A stretch of DNA of 62,813 nt, filler included, from Reclinomonas americana ATCC 50394 (taxonomy: Eukaryota): assembly GCA_048213135.1 (NCBI GenBank). It is 5 parts of 2 records of this genome, joined end to end, with 100 filler letters (N's around TTAATTAATTAA, not from the genome) between each part and the next. Parts side by side here need not be neighbours in the genome. Positions count along the whole stretch, not along the records: positions 22,577 to 44,234 come from PS015365.1; 4 more parts are not named here. The stretch is one strand, 5' to 3'. Of this stretch, positions 25,884 to 39,800 are shown piece after piece. Below the pieces are notes generated by a model. It ran no database searches and was not told where the DNA came from. It saw only the letters and a program-made list of their open reading frames with translations. A program made the translations under genes and the position numbers. How positions within the stretch are numbered: position 1 is the stretch's first letter; each line of letters begins with the position of its first letter.

Positions 25884-28323
25884 TCACCTCATCGGCTGCC
25901 CACTCTCCTCACGTACCATCTCCTCCATTTCCACGTCCAGTTCCGACTGCGACGACGTGGGCGTCGATCCGATCAGTCGTGCACCGATCTCGGCATCGCT
26001 GCCGATCTCGCGGAGAGTGGAATGGCGACCAGCGACGACATCGTCGTCCTCGTCGTCGACGCCATCCAGGGCACTTCCGCCGTGAGGCCCCAGCGTCGGC
26101 AGCTCCACGCCCTTGGTCTCCGGCAACACCCAGATCCACAGTGCAGTACCTGACATGCACCACATGTCAGACCACCATGCATTGCATGGCGTCAATTGCT
26201 AAAAACACGAACCAATGGCCAAGCCGGTGGGGATCATGAGACCGCCGGTGAGTCCACCCGATTCCGCAGCCGCAGACACCACCACTGGTGCCAGCAGCTG
26301 GATGGCGCGGGCCACGTTGTAGGCCAGGCCCATCATGGTGCCGCGCACCTCCTGTTTGCCGCAGTGAGGTGAGTCAACCGGAATATACGTGGTGCTGCAC
26401 ATGAAAACAAAGAGACCACAGCACCAGTGGGAACAACTCGGCCAGCAGCGCTCCAAAACCTGCAGCACAATCAGCAAGCGCAGAAATACACAGGGAAAGC
26501 ACACAGAATGCGACGCAACCCGCAGTGACTCCATGTCCAAAGCCGAGCATGATCATGACGATCCAAAACACGGCGGGCGTCACTGCACGGCGGCGATCAG
26601 AAACACAGGAAGCACACGCAGCAGCGAGTGCTGCATCCAACCCCCACCTGCCAGGTAGCTCCATCCAAAGGCCAGTGCGCCCGTCGCACCGGCAATGATG
26701 AGTGCGAAGAAGCAGAAGGCGGGCCGACGACCGATGTGATCGGCGAACCAGCCGAAGGTGACCATTCCCAACAGTTGGCCGAGCTGCATGGAACCACGGC
26801 TCAGTGCACGCGAGTACATAGAAGTAAAGAACAACCTGCGAATGTGCACCTGTGCGGAAAAGACCCACAGGAAACTCTTGCCGACGCCCTGCATGAGATT
26901 GTCGCGCAAGTACGTCGGCAACCACGTGTACGCCGCTGCGCGCGCATGAGTAAGCAAAGCGAGCAATGACATAGAGAAAGAAGGGAAGAGACGCACCCCA
27001 ATAGCTGCCCAAGTACTCCACCAGACAGAGAAAACACGATTAGTTCGCAGGAAAGGAAAAGGATAACGAGCACGACATGAATGGAGTATCTTCAACACGC
27101 CCAGCATCCACGCAGCAAAGAGGCGCCACAACAGACGATCTCCACGCTTCACGTCACGCCAAAACCCACTGCAACCACCGTGAGAGCTCTTCTCGTTGGA
27201 GATGGCGACGGAGCGGCGAATCCAGAACACGAGCACTGCGGCAGCGTGAGCGTGACAACACATAGCACTGTTCTTCACCGTACTCCACGACGCAACAGGC
27301 CGAGGCGCTGCAACCGATCAGCACTGCGCGCCAGCCAATGGCCGGCGCCAGAATGTAGCCGAAAAAGGCCGCCAGCGCCACACCAAGCTGCAGGTGGAGA
27401 TTGAGTGGCGGCGGGCAGACGCGCGCGAGAGGAACGTACACACACCGGTTGACCAGATTGCAGTGCAGCCGAGGCACGCCCACGCACGGCGGGTTCCACA
27501 GCCTCGGCTAACAGGCTGTGTCCCACGGCCCACTCGCCACCAACACCCAAGCTGCATGCCGCACACAGTGAGAAAAGGCAAGGTTGGAGCACTCGTCAAG
27601 CGCATTCACGCAACCCCACAACTGCTCTGCCGAGCAGAAAGATGATGGTGTTGGGTGCCAGTCCGCAGATAAGCGAGCCCGCCGAGTACATCAGGATCGT
27701 GGCTGACAGCCTGCACGCTCCTTCAGTCAACACGAGCAGAACACATTCCTGTGGAGAGGCCGACGCAACATGGTTCTCTTGCCCACATGATCACTCAAGA
27801 AGCCAGCCACGACACCTCCGACTCCCGACGTCGACAGTGCAATGCCTGCACCCCAAACACATGAGCAACACTCCACAGGCACACACACACAGTGAGAGTC
27901 TCTCACCAAGTGACCACGCCTCGACATTCGGAGCAAACTGCAGATCCTTGGCCACTGTTGTGTTGATGAAACTAAACAGAGTCAACTGTGGTGCACAAAG
28001 AGCGAGAGAGAACGAGTGAGCTGACTGGTGCACGAGGTGAGAGACAAGTGACAAGAGCGCGCGCAACATCCATGAAATCGAACGTCTGCAATGCATCATC
28101 ATCATCCGTGTCAGTCAGTGAGTGAGAGCTCTCTCTGCTGCTGGTGTGCGCACAGTGTAGCACGCACCCATCCAAACAGCACAAACAGATACAATCGCCA
28201 CGGGAATGGTCGCTTGGCGGTCGATGCTTCAGGAGCACGCACATTGTCATCGCCTTCCTCTTCTTCTTCTACTACTTGTGTGCCACTGATCGTCGCCACT
28301 CGATGTCGCTGTTGTGATGACAT
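25884..28323 (-). CDS. MFS transporter, resembling the aromatic-acid/carboxylate:H+ symporter families; exact 3' end uncertain
   Basis: Spliced GWTFDFMD, GFLSDHVGKR, GRAVVGLGVGGEW, GWFADHIGRRP, LAELFP..VRGTMMGLAYNVAR, LPETKG. Confidence 0.9.
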
Positions 28324-28394
28324 GGGTGACTGATACAGCTCTCTCTTTCGTTGCCTGATCGTGACAGAGGACGACGGAAAGGACAGCTTGCAGT

Positions 28395-31300
28395 TCACTT
28401 GTCGACCACCACTGCAGACGGTGCTGGCATGGTTATCTCCAGTGTCATTCCTGCAGCGCCTGCATCGCTGGAATGCCTCCTCATCTCCGCACTCGGCATC
28501 GACTGGTCGTCCAGGGACTCGAGCGATCCGACAGACGCCACCACCGGTCGTGTTGCAGGCAGCAGCAGTCGCTGCGACGACGATGAGTGCGCCGGCAGCC
28601 ATGCTTCCGACAGGTGGCTGTCGGTGGAGGCGGGTGCCGGCAGGTTCGCGTGCATTGCGGGCGGCCGGCGGTGATGCAGTCCTCCTGAGCCGGATCCTGC
28701 GGCGCTTCCGCGGCCAACCATCTCGGTGAGGGAGGGCACGCGGTTCCACGGTTGCAGCTCGTCGACCATGCAGTGCACGTCGTACAGACTGGTGTACGAG
28801 TGTGACGAACGAAGCCGCGGAGACGCCGGCGGAGACGGTTGATCCTGTTGGTGCTGCTGCTGCAGTTGTCGCTTGGCGTCCTGGATGAGGATGTTGTGAT
28901 CCTGCGTGTCGTCGGGAAGGCGACGATCGAGCTCGTTGTTGAATGGCAGCGGAGTGATGCGCACGGCACGGAATCCGTCGCAGTTGTTGGCGTGCTCGTT
29001 CTCCAGCCGGAACACGTTCCAGATGACGCGCCGCACGATCTCGCACACGGAGAGGCCGAGTTGCTCGATGGGTTTCAGCAGGCCGCTGTCGATGATGAGG
29101 GTGACCTGGTGGTGGGAGGGAGAGAGATGGAGTCAGGAAGGACAAGGAGGACTGAGCTGAGCGACGACGAGCGACGTACCTGCACAATCCAAGCAAGGCG
29201 CATGGCGGTGTTGAGAACGATGGCCACGTAATAGCTCCAGGTCGGGAACATGAGTTGCTGGGAGGGGAGAAGAAGCCACGCAATGAGGACTTCTCGTCTC
29301 CTTTCACACTCCTCGCCCAATCCACTCACCTTGCGCAGCATCCAGTGCCTCCTCCCTCTCGTCGCCACCAAACCCCAATCCATCTGCCGACACACAAGAC
29401 TCAACAAATGCCTCCTTCCCCTGTCTTTCTCCGTGCTAACTCTCACCTTCACATCCCACGCAATCCTGTACAGCGTCGCTGCGACACTCATAATGACATA
29501 CGCGACAAGCCACCCGGTCTGCTGCGGGTACGTCGCCTTCAGACTGGCAAACAACACCGAGGGGACCGACAGAAGGTATTTGACTGCGTTGCCCAAGTGC
29601 GGCCAGGCCTTGCGTGGCTTCGGCGTGTCCCAGTATCGCCGGAAGCACTGGAGTAGGCGCCAGAGTGCCGGCAGCGTCTGGAACAGAGACGCCACGATGA
29701 GCGTGTTGGTCCGACTCAGCGTCGGAGAACCAGTGGCCTCTGAAACCAGCGCCAGCGTAATATCGGTCATGGCTCCCGTGCAGCTGGTCATCTGATCGCC
29801 AAGCCAAAAGTCCTGGAACAGAACGGGGTAGAAGGGCGCGGCCATGATGCGCCAGCACGTGCGGAGAAAGTAGAAGCGGCCAGTGTAGTGCAGTATGCGG
29901 AACGGACAACAGAGAATCGCCATGACTGCGGTGTGTAATGCAGGTCAGTACATGGCGCAGCAAGGGCGGTACTTCCATAAGAGCACGCAACGAGTGGCAA
30001 AGAGGCCCCACGGATACACCTTGCGTGGAATGACGGAAATGTCGATCGCGGTGGTCACGTTGTTGAGCCACAGCACAAAGCACACACTCACACAGCCGAG
30101 CACCGCCGTCGCAATGGCCATGAGCCGGTGCGCCGACAGCGTGGTGCGCGGATCAAAGTCGAAGATGAAGATCCAGTTGATGCGACGCGCGCGCCAGATT
30201 TCCGTGTTGACTGCGAAGCCGAACAGGAAGAGCGCCAGGAGGGCCATGGCGCGGAAAACGGCCAGCTCAGCCGAAGCCTCGGCGGCCAGCAGGAAGCGCG
30301 ACACCGCGTCATTGTCGAAAAAGTAGGCAATCGTGCACATGAGAACCACGGTGATCCCTGCGAGAACATCAGCAGTTAGTGACAGTTCCTCCTTCCCCCT
30401 TGTGTCTGGAAGAAAGCAACGCAACCAGCGCAGAGGCCAATGATAAACACATCAAAGTGGTGCGGCTGCGTGACCTGCTCTTCGGCGTTGACCAGCTTGA
30501 GAGAAGACAGCGTTGTCTTGCGCGAGCTCTCCTTGAACAGCTTGCTGTACAGCTCCTCGAGTTCGTCGAGCCACCTCTTGACCTGATCAATGCCAGAGTA
30601 CAGTCGAGTCTGGTGCAGATCGTGGAGCAGTTGGTCGGCGGCCTCCGTATCCTTGGACATCTTGCGCATCTTCTTCACAATCTTGATCACGGCGGTGTAG
30701 TTGAGAATGCTGAACGGAATGAGTAAGCAGAGAGAGCAAAGATCGAGTGCATCTACCTCTCTCGCCCACTCACCAAAAGTTGTTCAGATGGTAGCACAAC
30801 GTGTACTGCTCCTGGAACGCCTTTTGCAGCGTGCGATACGTCACCGCAAACTGCGAGCGCGTCATCGACGTCTCCGGCGCCTGCCGCTCATTCGCCGCCT
30901 TGGCCTCCTCCAAGAACCGCGGCGCATACTTGTGCAGCTTCACCCATCGATCGCCCGCCACCGCAGCCTTCTCCTCGAAGAACACCGCCGCCTTGGTCAT
31001 CTGCTGCCGCAGCGCTTGCACGAAAATGTCCACGGCCCGGTGATGATCCATCACGGGCGAGCTCAGCACGTCTGCCGGTGTCTCCTGGGCACCACCGCCA
31101 TCGCCCTGCATCACTACTGTCCGATCCAGCTCCAGATTGAACTCCTCGTCCACATGCCGCAGCTGTCGCACCATCTCCATCGACTCGTGCTGTGTGAGCG
31201 TCGTGTGGTTCCCAGTCTCCGCCGCTGCTGCTGACTCCCCGTCCTCCTCCTCTGCTGCTGCTGCTGCTGGTGTCGTCGGGGTGAGGAACAGTCCAGGCAC

Positions 31301-31630
31301 CATCACACCCGGGGTGCAGACAGGCAGAGCGCCCTCATCATCATCGTTCTCCTCGTCAACATATCGATGATGCACGTGATTTCGAACATCATGATGATCA
31401 TCGTCGTCGTGGACACCAGCAGAGCCACGCCTGTCCTCTACATCTCCTACGCGTGCTTGCACAGTGTGCGGTGCAGAGAGTTGTTGTGGGGGAGGTGGTT
31501 CATGCTCCTGCGGTTCCAACTGCAGGGCGGACTTGGAGGCCTTGAGAATGCGTTTCAGCGCTGCGTAGGCGACGTACTTGGCCTGCCACTCGGGCGTCGC
31601 GTGGTCCTTCAGGTGTCGCCCGAAGCGCAT
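28395..31630 (-). CDS. XPR1: SPX-EXS phosphate exporter (XPR1/SYG1/PHO1 family)
   Basis: [30 protein letters not shown] (SPX), [63 protein letters not shown] (EXS). Confidence 0.95.
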
Positions 31631-31821
31631 GTGTATGTGCGCTCTCTTTGTGAAGGAAGCTTCAAAACAACCAAATGACTGTTTCACGAAGTTCCAATTG
31701 GCGACGGAGAGGTGGTGGTGCACAAAGGTGAGGCGATTCCTTCCCTGCAACAACATGTGCGGCTACGTGCGAGCGTGCGTCCAGCAGAATCGTTGTTCTT
31801 TTCTTCGATCACTGTATTTCC

Positions 31822-33682
31822 TCACTGCTCAGCAGCCACGGTCGACGAGGCAGCCGGCAGCGGATCGTCGAGCACCGGCACCAGCTCGAGTGCCACGGTG
31901 CGGTTGCAGGTGGCGAGGATGCGACGCCGGCCAATGTCAAAGTGCTCGCCGGAGGGGTCGATGACGGTCTGCGAGGTGGGGCGATCAGAATACGGGAAGA
32001 AACGCAGGATGACGACGACAGGGAGAGAGAGACGAAACTCCGCCGGCTTCGCGAATGAGCACGACTCCGGCGCACATATCCCACGACTTGACGCCGTTCT
32101 CGTAGTACACTACTGACCGGAAAAGAGGGTGGATTAGCAGCAGAAGTGGCACGAGAATACTTTTCTCTCATCACAGACCGTCGCCACGACCGCACGCCAC
32201 CCAGGCCATGCTGATGGCGCAGCTGCCGAGCATGCGAATGGCTGTGGGGGGTGAGAGGGAGAAAGGAGGGTGAGACAAAGGCGGGAAGGGGTGAGGGGCG
32301 AGAGAAGAGAAGGATGAAGAGAAGGACGAGACAAGGAACGAAGAGGGACGAGAGACATCAAGAAGAGGGACGAGCGACGAGACAGGAGGTAAAACAGGAG
32401 AACCGAGTGACGAGAACAGTGAAAAGACTCAAGGGATGAGACACGAGGGATGAGACAAGGGGGAAGGGTGAGGGGGAAGGGGAAGGGCGAGAGAAGAGAA
32501 AAGACAATGAAAGAAGAGGGACGAGGGATAAGAATGAAGGGATGAGACAACACGGAAGACATGGCACAAAGGTGAGACAATAGTAGAGAGGCAAGCGTTG
32601 TGGCATGCGAGTGAGGCGAGGCAGCACGAGGGATGAGACAAGAGAGGTGAGCGACAACAAGGATACATTACACGAGATGAGAGAGGAGATGAGGAACGAA
32701 TGAGAGACGAGACAAGGAATGCTGCACGAAAAAGGAGTCGACGAGACAAGGGAAGAATACAAGAACAAAGTAAACAGAGACGAGGGAAAGAGTCAAGGGT
32801 TGTGGCACGAGGGATAAGACAAGAGACATGACGAGGGTGAGGTGAGACAAGAGAAGAGAGTCAAGAGATGTGAGCGACAACACGGTTGATGACATAAGTG
32901 TGCGGCGAGACAAGAGATTCAAAGAACAGAGCTCACCGCGCACAGGCTTGGAGGCCACACGATCGAGACGCGCCATGTACTCGGCCTTGTAGGCCACGTC
33001 ACGACTGGCGGGAATGTTGGTGATGATCATGGCATCCTCGGCGCGCGCCGTGGCCGTCGACGTCGAGATGCGCTCACCGTTGCAAAACGCACCTTCGCCC
33101 ACAATCGCCGTAAACACCTCATCGCGATACGGATCATAGATCACTGTGGCCACCTCGCACGTGAATGCAACAAAAGACGAGCGCGCGCGAGTGTGTGGGT
33201 GGCACAAGTCGCACCTCCAACAACGGGTTCGCGATTGATGGTGAGGCCAATGGAGACCACCGACATGGGCAGAGTGTGGCAAAAGTTGGTGGTGCCATCC
33301 AACGGGTCGACGATCCAGCACGGGCCGACCTCGGGGATGCCATTCTGGCCCTCGTCGCCCGTGCACTCCTCGCCAATGAAGGGAATGTCGGGGAACTCGA
33401 GGACAAGTCGCGATCGCACCTGCGCACGCAGTCAGGGAGAGAGTACAGAGCGAGTGTGTGGGGAGTGCGTACCAAATCCTCCACGGCCTTGTCGGTCTCT
33501 GTGACAAAGTCGTTGGCGCTCTTCAGTGTGAGGTGCTTCTCTCGACGCACATCGCCGGCAATCAGTGCGCCGGCCTCCTGTGCAATGTGTAAGCGTGTTG
33601 GGGAAAGAGCGCAATGCACATATGCACACGCAACGCGAGCTACTTCAGCGGCAATGCGCAGACAACGCCCGAGATCAGTCAT
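31822..33682 (-). CDS. IMPA: Inositol monophosphatase family protein
   Basis: DFVTETDKAVE, FIGEE, WIVDPLDGTTNF, GEGAFCNG, IRMLGSCAISMAWVACG, WDMCAGVVLIREAGG. Confidence 0.95.
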
Positions 33683-33749
33683 TTTCTCTCACACCTTCCA
33701 CCCAAATTTACAAACGAAATTTCGTGTGTGTGCGCATTGGGACCGCGAG

Positions 33750-33963
33750 ATGGAGCCAGGCGTTGTCCCCATTGCGCCTGCGCCACCGTGCCACGTGGCG
33801 CGCGTGTGCTTCTCCAACGGCCTGTGCCTGTACAACCCACGTTGCGTGACAAGAAGCAACCAAAAAAAAACACAAAAAAAGAGTTTTTGCGCGAAATCTC
33901 ACACCTCTGACTCCTTTTGCCCCTCCCTTCTCTCTCTTTCTTNNNNNNNNNNNNNNNNNNNNC

Positions 33964-34005
<42 letters not shown>

Positions 34006-35827
34006 TGTGTGTGTGGCGTGGCGTGTGCGTGTGTGCGAGAGAGCAGATAATCTCATGGCGTGTGTGTTGCGTACGCTTTTGCCTTTTTTGCTGTTATCAC
34101 ATCACAGTGATGCTGTTGTTCATAAGTGTGTTGTGAGAGAGAGTGAGTGACTGTGTGTGTATGTGTGTGTGTTTTGCCGGAGTGGTGATGCATTGTGGTG
34201 TTTATTTTTTCATCAAAAAAGAATCACTGTATCTGATTTTGTGGGTTGTTGTTGCAGCCTTTGTCAACATGATGATGAATGCGCAAGGCGGCAAGGCCTG
34301 GTTCTCGCCCGCTGTCTCCTTCATCATTGGCGTGGTCGATGTGTCGCTCACCTCGTGTATCGCCATGAGGTACAGTCGCTCTCTCTCTCTCTCTCTCTCT
34401 TCTCTCTTCTCCCTCTCTCTCTTCTCCGCTCTCTCTCCCTCCCTTCCTCGCCTCTCCTTCCCCTTCTCTTTCTCTTCTCTAGCCGTCTCTGATCTCCATC
34501 CCTTCTCCTTCTCTCTTTCTCTTCCCCTCTATCCCTCCTTTCCTCACTCTTCTCGCTTCACCTTCTCCCTCCCTCCCTCCCTCCATTCTCCTCTCACTCC
34601 CCGCCTTCCTCGTCTCCCCACCTTGTCTCACTCTCTCTTCCCTCCCTTCCTCCCTTCCTCGCCTCTCCTTCCCCTTCTCTTTTCCTTCCCCAGCCGTCTC
34701 TGATCACTTCTCCTTCTTCTTTCCCTTCTCCTTCCCCTTCCCTTGCCCTCTCTTCATCCCTTCTCCCTCCCTCCCTCCCTCCCNNNNNNNNNNNNNNNNN
34801 NNNNNNNNNNNNNNNNNNNNNNNNNNNNNNNNNNNNNNNNNNNNNNNNNNNNNNNNNNNNNNNNNNNNNNNNNNNNNNNNNNNNNNNNNNNNNNNNNNNN
34901 NNNNNNNNNNNNNNNNNNNNNNNNNNNNNNNNNNNNNNNNNNNNNNNNNNNNNNNNNNNNNNNNNNNNNNNNNNNNNNNNNNNNNNNNNNNNNNNNNNNN
35001 NNNNNNNNNNNNNNNNNNNNNNNNNNNNNNNNNNNNNNNNNNNNNNNNNNNNNNNNNNNNNNNNNNNNNNNNNNNNNNNNNNNNNNNNNNNNNNNNNNNN
35101 NNNNNNNNNNNNNNNNNNNNNNNNNNNNNNNNNNNNNNNNNNNNNNNNNNNNNNNNNNNNNNNNNNNNNNNNNNNNNNNNNNNNNNNNNNNNNNNNNNNN
35201 NNNNNNNNNNNNNNNNNNNNNNNNNNNNNNNNNNNNNNNNNNNNNNNNNNNNNNNNNNNNNNNNNNNNNNNNNNNNNNNNNNNNNNNNNNNNNNNNNNNN
35301 NNNNNNNNNNNNNNNNNNNNNNNNNNNNNNNNTCTGCCAAGTGCTGTGGCTGCTCAAGTACGAGACAACGGCGGGCCTCGGTTTGTCGCACTCATCTGCC
35401 TCAGAACATACCTCTCTCTCTCACACATGCTACCTCGACAGGTTGGCTGGCTGCCGGCACTCTGTCTGGCGGCCTCGGTCTGGCGGCGATTGTGTTCTTC
35501 ACACCCGCCCTCTGCAACGTGCTGCACGACTTTGTGTCGTCGGATGTGGTGTGGTTCTACCTCTCCGACGTCTCCATGGTTCGTGCATCGATGCGTCACA
35601 CACTTCACCCGTCTCTCCTCCACTCCTCACATTGTTCGCTCGCGCAGATTTGCCTCGCCAAGTACGTGATGGTGTCGCGAGAAGCCGTGGCCAACAAGAC
35701 CATGGACATTGACGACATTGAGGCGCAGCAGCCGCTCGTGGTGCACCCGTCAATCAACACCACCAGCAGCAGTGGCACTACGACCATCAGCCGCATCTCA
35801 CCATACGGCAACATGGTGCGGCTGTGA
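33750..35827 (+). CDS. Hypothetical multi-pass membrane protein; middle exons in an N gap
   Basis: Phase-consistent exons with several hydrophobic helices (LYLILWVVVAAFV, VSFIIGVVDVSL, LGLAAIVFF) and a hydrophilic tail ending GNMVRL*. Confidence 0.6.
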
Positions 35828-35943
35828 GCACACTCCAGGCCATTTTCTCTCTCTCTCTTTGCCAATTACCCCGCTTTCCCCTGTCGTGTTTTTTTCTTTT
35901 CCGCTCCTTGTAATTCAGTCGTCTTTTCTCACATGCCATACGT

Positions 35944-36625
35944 CTATGATGCCGGTCGCTTCTGCTCTTGCTTGGTGTCTGCACCGTCGCTCTTGAACTG
36001 CGACAATCGCGCGTGAGGGAGAACAAGAAGCAAAGAAAAGACACCACCAGCGACGCAACAAAGCCCAGCACTCGTCGCCGCCTCTCCGGTGCATTCTCCT
36101 GCACCTTGTCGACGAGCTCCCGCGGCTGCGCAGTCACCAAACAATCGTCAGTCCATTGATCAACAAGCACGCACTAAGCAAGCAAAACGCAACAGTCTTG
36201 ACGCCCATGGCGACACCAACCGCCACCGCCCCCGCCGCAAACACCGCTGCACACAAGGCCGTCGCCCGCCACAGCGTCTGCCACGCGAGTTGTCGCGCCT
36301 CCTTGCGCCTCCGCTCCATCTCCTCCACACCGCCGAAATCGTGATCATACCCGCCTCCTCCGCCACCACCACTGCTGTCATCGTCGGCATTGCCGCGGAG
36401 GAGACCACCGGCCCATGCGCGATTGGCGGCAGAATCGGGTGCGCTCGACTGTCGCAGAGCGTGGGCCAGGGTGCTGCGTGCAAAGTCGTCGTTCACAGGT
36501 TGACCGCTGGACAAGTGCAGGTCGACCTCCTTCTGCTGCTGCTGCTGCTGCTGTTGCGTGGTGAATGCTCGGTGCAGCAGTGCTGGTCTGGGGGCACGAA
36601 GCAGTTGGCGCGCGATGAGCAACAT
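35944..36625 (-). CDS. Mitochondrial inner-membrane protein, TMEM242/AIM11-like
   Basis: Presequence MLLIARQLLRAPRPALLHRAFTT. LAWQTLWRATALCAAVFAAGAVAVGVAMGVKT|PRELVDKVQ resembles the recalled TMEM242 C-terminal helix pattern. Confidence 0.6.
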
Positions 36626-36819
36626 GATGGTGAATTTCCGATGACGAGGACGAGATGTCCTTGTTCTTCTCCTCTCAACGACACATCGCATAGTGCGTAC
36701 ACTTCCTCGTAGAGAGAGAGAGAGAGAAAGAGAAACGGCGATCTCTTTTTGATTGCAGAATCGCGTGGCCAGACGCTGTCGACGTCGAGGGCCAGCGCGC
36801 GTTCGCTGGGCATTTGGTG

Positions 36820-39800
36820 CTATCTCATGGGGAATGCGATGTCTGTCACGCGTCGCGACTCGAGTTGCAGTGGATATCGCTGCTGCTGCTGTAGTTGCAG
36901 TTGTTGTTGTTGCTGCTGCTGCTGCAATTGCTGCTGTTGCGCAAAGAACGGATGTTGACGGCGCAGCAGAACAAAGCCGCCATTGGGTGGCGGTGAGAAG
37001 AGCACGGGCGGCAGTACCTGCGGTTCGCCATTGACAAAGGCTGTGCACACGGTGGTGAGTAAGCTGGCGGCGCAAGAAAACATGATAAAAGCAAAACTTG
37101 CGCAACTGCTCGGCACCACATCCAGCGGCACTACAGAGCCGGGCGAGCTGGGGACGAGTTCCGCACTCAGCTTGTTCCTGTTTGTGGCACGCTGGCAGCG
37201 CGCACAGCAGCACCAGCCCAGGAGGATCGCGGTGGCAACGAGTGCGGTGCCGCCGGCGGCCACCAACAGCCACACCCACCACGGCAGGCCGGAGGACGAG
37301 GTGCGACTTGCGCTGTCGGGCGCATCGCCCGTGGTAGACACGCGCAGATTGGCCGAGGGAATCGACTGGCCAAACGAGTTGACGGCGCGCACATTGACAA
37401 TATACGGCGTGCCCGGCTGCAGGCCGCTCTGCGTGTACGTGTAGGCGGAGCGTGCGGCAGAGGAGACGTCGGAGGCGTTCTTGAAGCCAACAATCGGCCG
37501 GCCGCCATTCTCCGGAAACACCTGGATCTGGTAGCTGGTGATGGCCGCCAGTCCGCCATACGCCGGCGTCGAAAAGTTAATGGTCAACGAGGTGTCGGTG
37601 ACGGTGCTGCGTGTGGGCGCCGTCGGTGCTGCCGCCTGACCCGTCTGCGTCGTGCTGCCCTGCGTCGGCGTGCCCACATTGCTGTTGGCGGTGCCTTGCG
37701 AGCCCTGCCCGAGACCGACGGCGTTGCTGGCTACCAGGACGAGGCGGTAGCGCGACGTGGGCTTGATGGTGAACATTAGCTGCGTGCACAGGCCGTACAC
37801 GGTCGGCACGGTGCCTGTGGTGCTCGTGCTGCCGACCACGGCCGTGTTGAGTCGCAGGCCGTCGGCCGCGCTCGGGTTGCCTGTCGACGGCAAGAATCGC
37901 GTGGTCCACTGCCAGTAGACCACGTAAAATACCGTGGCGGTGCGTGAGCCGACACCTAGCGCAGGCCACGACAAGCGGTACTCGTTGGCCGCGTAAAAGT
38001 CGATGGACGGCGGTGCTGCGGGTGGAACCAGGTCGGCGAGCAGCAGCGGCGACGCCTGCACATAGACGGACCGCGAAATGGCGCTCGTGCCAATCGAGTT
38101 GGTGGCCGTCAGGTAGAAGCGATAAAAGTTGCCGCTGAGCACCGTGACCGTCGTCGTCGAGTCGGAGACCTTTAATGTCGCCGCCGGCTGTGTCGGGGAG
38201 ATGGCGGACTCGCCGACAAGCACCTGCTCCACAACGGGTGTCGAGCCGCCAGTGGCCGTCGACCACGAAAGAGTAATGGCGCTGCCGGTGTTGCTCACCA
38301 CGAACAAGTTGGTGGGATCGTTGGGCACTTGGCCCGTCAACACGTTGTTGTTGCTGAGGCCGTTGTTGGCGCTGCCGTCCACGAACGACGCCTGCACCGT
38401 CGACTGCCCCACATCGTTGATGCCGCGCACGTCAACAAAGTAGGTGTTGGCGTCGGCGAGGCCTCGAATCACCGCCTGTTGCACCGAGGTGATGTTCTGC
38501 GCCAGCGTGCTGGCAGCCAGAGGCCGCCATACCACCAGCCACTGCGTGACGAATCCCTGCCCGCCCGTCTCCAGCGGCTGGCCCCACGTGAGCCAGATGG
38601 AGGTCGATCGTTTCAGCAGCAAGTTGGACGACAGCGATGTGATGCCGCCGGGCCGCACGGCCGCCGACGCCGTGGTGATGGTGATCACGCTTGCCGACAG
38701 GGCAGTCTGGTAGCCGTTGAACGAGGCCACGCCGACGCGATACTTGGTGTTGGCGTTCAGGCCGTTGACGGAGAGCGTCGAGGTGGAGGAACCGAGCGAG
38801 CCCTTGAACTGCGTGACGAATGTGTCGGGCACAAATGTCGTCGAAGTGGAGGTGGCATTGGTCAGGCCTTGCACCAGCAGCTGCACGCCAACAAACTGCA
38901 GGTCGCCATCGGAGGTGGCCAGCGACGCTTGCGTGCCAATGGCCGTCGAGGGCGTGGAGAGTGTGAAAGTCGCGTAGCCGGCTCCCACTGTGCCTGCGGC
39001 GCCTCCGGTGGAGATGGCCGGCAGCGGGTACGGCCGCACCACTGCATTGACAATCTGCAGCGTGGTACTTGATCCGGGACCACTCTGCGTCGACAGCACA
39101 TCCTGGTCCGTGCGCACATTCGTCGCCTGCACGGCGTACGTGTACGACTTGCCGGGGACCGTGGAAAACGTGTAATTCGTCACCACCGAGGTCCACGTGA
39201 ACAGGCGACTGCAGCTGTTGGTGGTCTGGCTGACGATGTAGCCCGAGATGGCAGAGCCGCCGACTCCGACCGGCGCCGCCCACGACACATTGGTCACCAC
39301 GTCCTGGTAGAAATTGCCGGCAAACCCGACGCCGCCACCATTCGGCACACCACCCTGCGAGTTCCGCACACCACCCACCACCGTCGGCGCAGCCGGAGCA
39401 GTTGGTACATCGTCTGTGCACGGAGGACGGGGTAAGTACACAAACACGCTCAAATGCTTTGATCTCCTGCCCCCTTGCACGTAACTCGTGGTGTGTGTGG
39501 TGAGGCTGAGGTTGGCGGACGCCACAGAGTTGCCGGAGCTGCTGGTGGCAAACACGCTGTACGCGTAAAACGTGCTGGGCGTGAGGTTGGTGTCCTGAAA
39601 CGACACCGCGTCGCCACTCGTCGGTATTGGAACGGTGGTGTACAGCGTACGAAGAGCGGTACCGATCCCGCGGAACACAGAGAAGCCAGTCACAGGATTC
39701 GAGCCGAAGCTCTGCGCAATCGTCCACGTGAAACTGATGGTGGTGGTCGTGTACTGCGTCAGCGTGATGACTGGCGGCGTGGCCGGAATAACTCCAGCCA

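Noticed and set aside
32252..32935. GAGACAAG/GACGAG-rich repetitive stretch as a possible mobile element
   Set aside because: It is an expanded low-complexity intron of the IMPase gene with no terminal repeats or ORF.
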